This document shows positions 18,314 to 18,946 of a DNA stretch of 18,946 nucleotides, one piece after another (position 1 is the stretch's first letter; each line of letters begins with the position of its first letter). Location: the NCBI GenBank assembly GCA_020349685.1, contig CP070698.1:1773962-1792907 (forward strand). Direction: 5' to 3'. The stretch is from a bacterium (GTDB lineage Bacteria > BMS3Abin14). A program made the position numbers and the translations under genes. A model generated the notes under the pieces. It was given only the letters and a program-made list of their open reading frames with translations, searched no databases and was not told where the DNA came from.

Positions 18314-18946
18314 GGCGCCCCCTCAACTTTACCGGGTACGGGATCAGCCGGTCCCGCAAGCTTTCCCTTCATCATCCCCTCCACTCTCTCCAGATCCTCC
18401 GGCGTATCCACACCTAAACCGTTAAAATCATCGACTCTCACGACCAGGATGCTCATCCCGTTCTCCAGGGCTCTGAGCTGTTCCAGGTCCTCCGTCCTCT
18501 CCAGCCTGCCGGCAGGCAGGGAAATGTATTTCATCAAGGCAGCCCTGCGATAGGCATAAATCCCTATATGCCTTAAAGCCTCCTCCGAACCTTCCCGCCA
18601 ACCGTGGGGAATGCCAGCCCGCGAGAAGTATAGCGCAAATCCATCCTTATCGGTCACGACCTTGACGATATGCCTGCTGGAAAAATCCTCTGCCGACCGG
18701 ATGGGAACGGCAACGGTAGCAATGTCGGGAACATGCTCTCCCCTGTGAACCTGGACCACCGCGTCGATCACAGCTGGTTCAATGAGCGGTTCATCGCCCT
18801 GAACGTTGACGATGACGTCAGCCTCCAGGCCGGCGGCAACCTCGCCCAGTCTGTCCGAGCCGCTCCGGTGGCCGGCATCGGTCATGACACAATCACCCCC
18901 GAAGCCGCGGACGGTATCAAAGATGCGCCTGTCGTCGGTAGCGACG
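18310..18946 (-). CDS. kdsB: CMP-KDO synthetase, 5' end outside the window
   Basis: The frame is open to the window edge ('VATDDRRI...'). Motifs 'SGSDR', '[10 protein letters not shown]', 'ALYFSRA', 'HIGIYAYR', '[12 protein letters not shown]', 'VDTPEDL'. Confidence 0.97.
   Translation of the reverse strand, partial: VATDDRRIFDTVRGFGGDCVMTDAGHRSGSDRLGEVAAGLEADVIVNVQGDEPLIEPAVIDAVVQVHRGEHVPDIATVAVPIRSAEDFSSRHIVKVVTDKDGFALYFSRAGIPHGWREGSEEALRHIGIYAYRRAALMKYISLPAGRLERTEDLEQLRALENGMSILVVRVDDFNGLGVDTPEDLERVEGMMKGKLAGPADPVPGKVEGAP

Noticed and set aside
16763-18553. 596-aa plus-strand ORF
   Set aside because: Antisense shadow of pyrG/kdsB. Such ORFs are expected from GC-rich codon bias, and it has no recognisable motifs.

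Overview
GC-rich bacterial chromosomal window, probably Deltaproteobacteria/Desulfobacterota-like judging by gene order (inference). The minus strand carries a long run of housekeeping genes: kdsB (partial)-pyrG-kdsA-kdsD-kdsC-lptC-lptA-lptB-rpoN-hpf-ptsN-hprK-rapZ-mannose-family PTS EIIA/EIIB/EIIC/EIID-ptsH-metK-ahcY-hypothetical membrane protein. This run converges on plus-strand lptF (partial)-lptG. The proteins are ordinary, but the non-coding DNA is not. Six of the eight intergenic gaps larger than ~40 bp carry short 6-8 bp tandem-repeat arrays, mostly with different units. They start within ~0-20 nt of an upstream gene's stop codon and are often paired with an inverted copy that could form a long hairpin. 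One further gap holds a ~150 bp structured MITE-like element. A well-formed sigma-54 -24/-12 site lies antisense upstream of lptCAB-rpoN. No enzyme I (ptsI) gene is present in the PTS cluster. No tRNA, rRNA, CRISPR array or transposase was seen.
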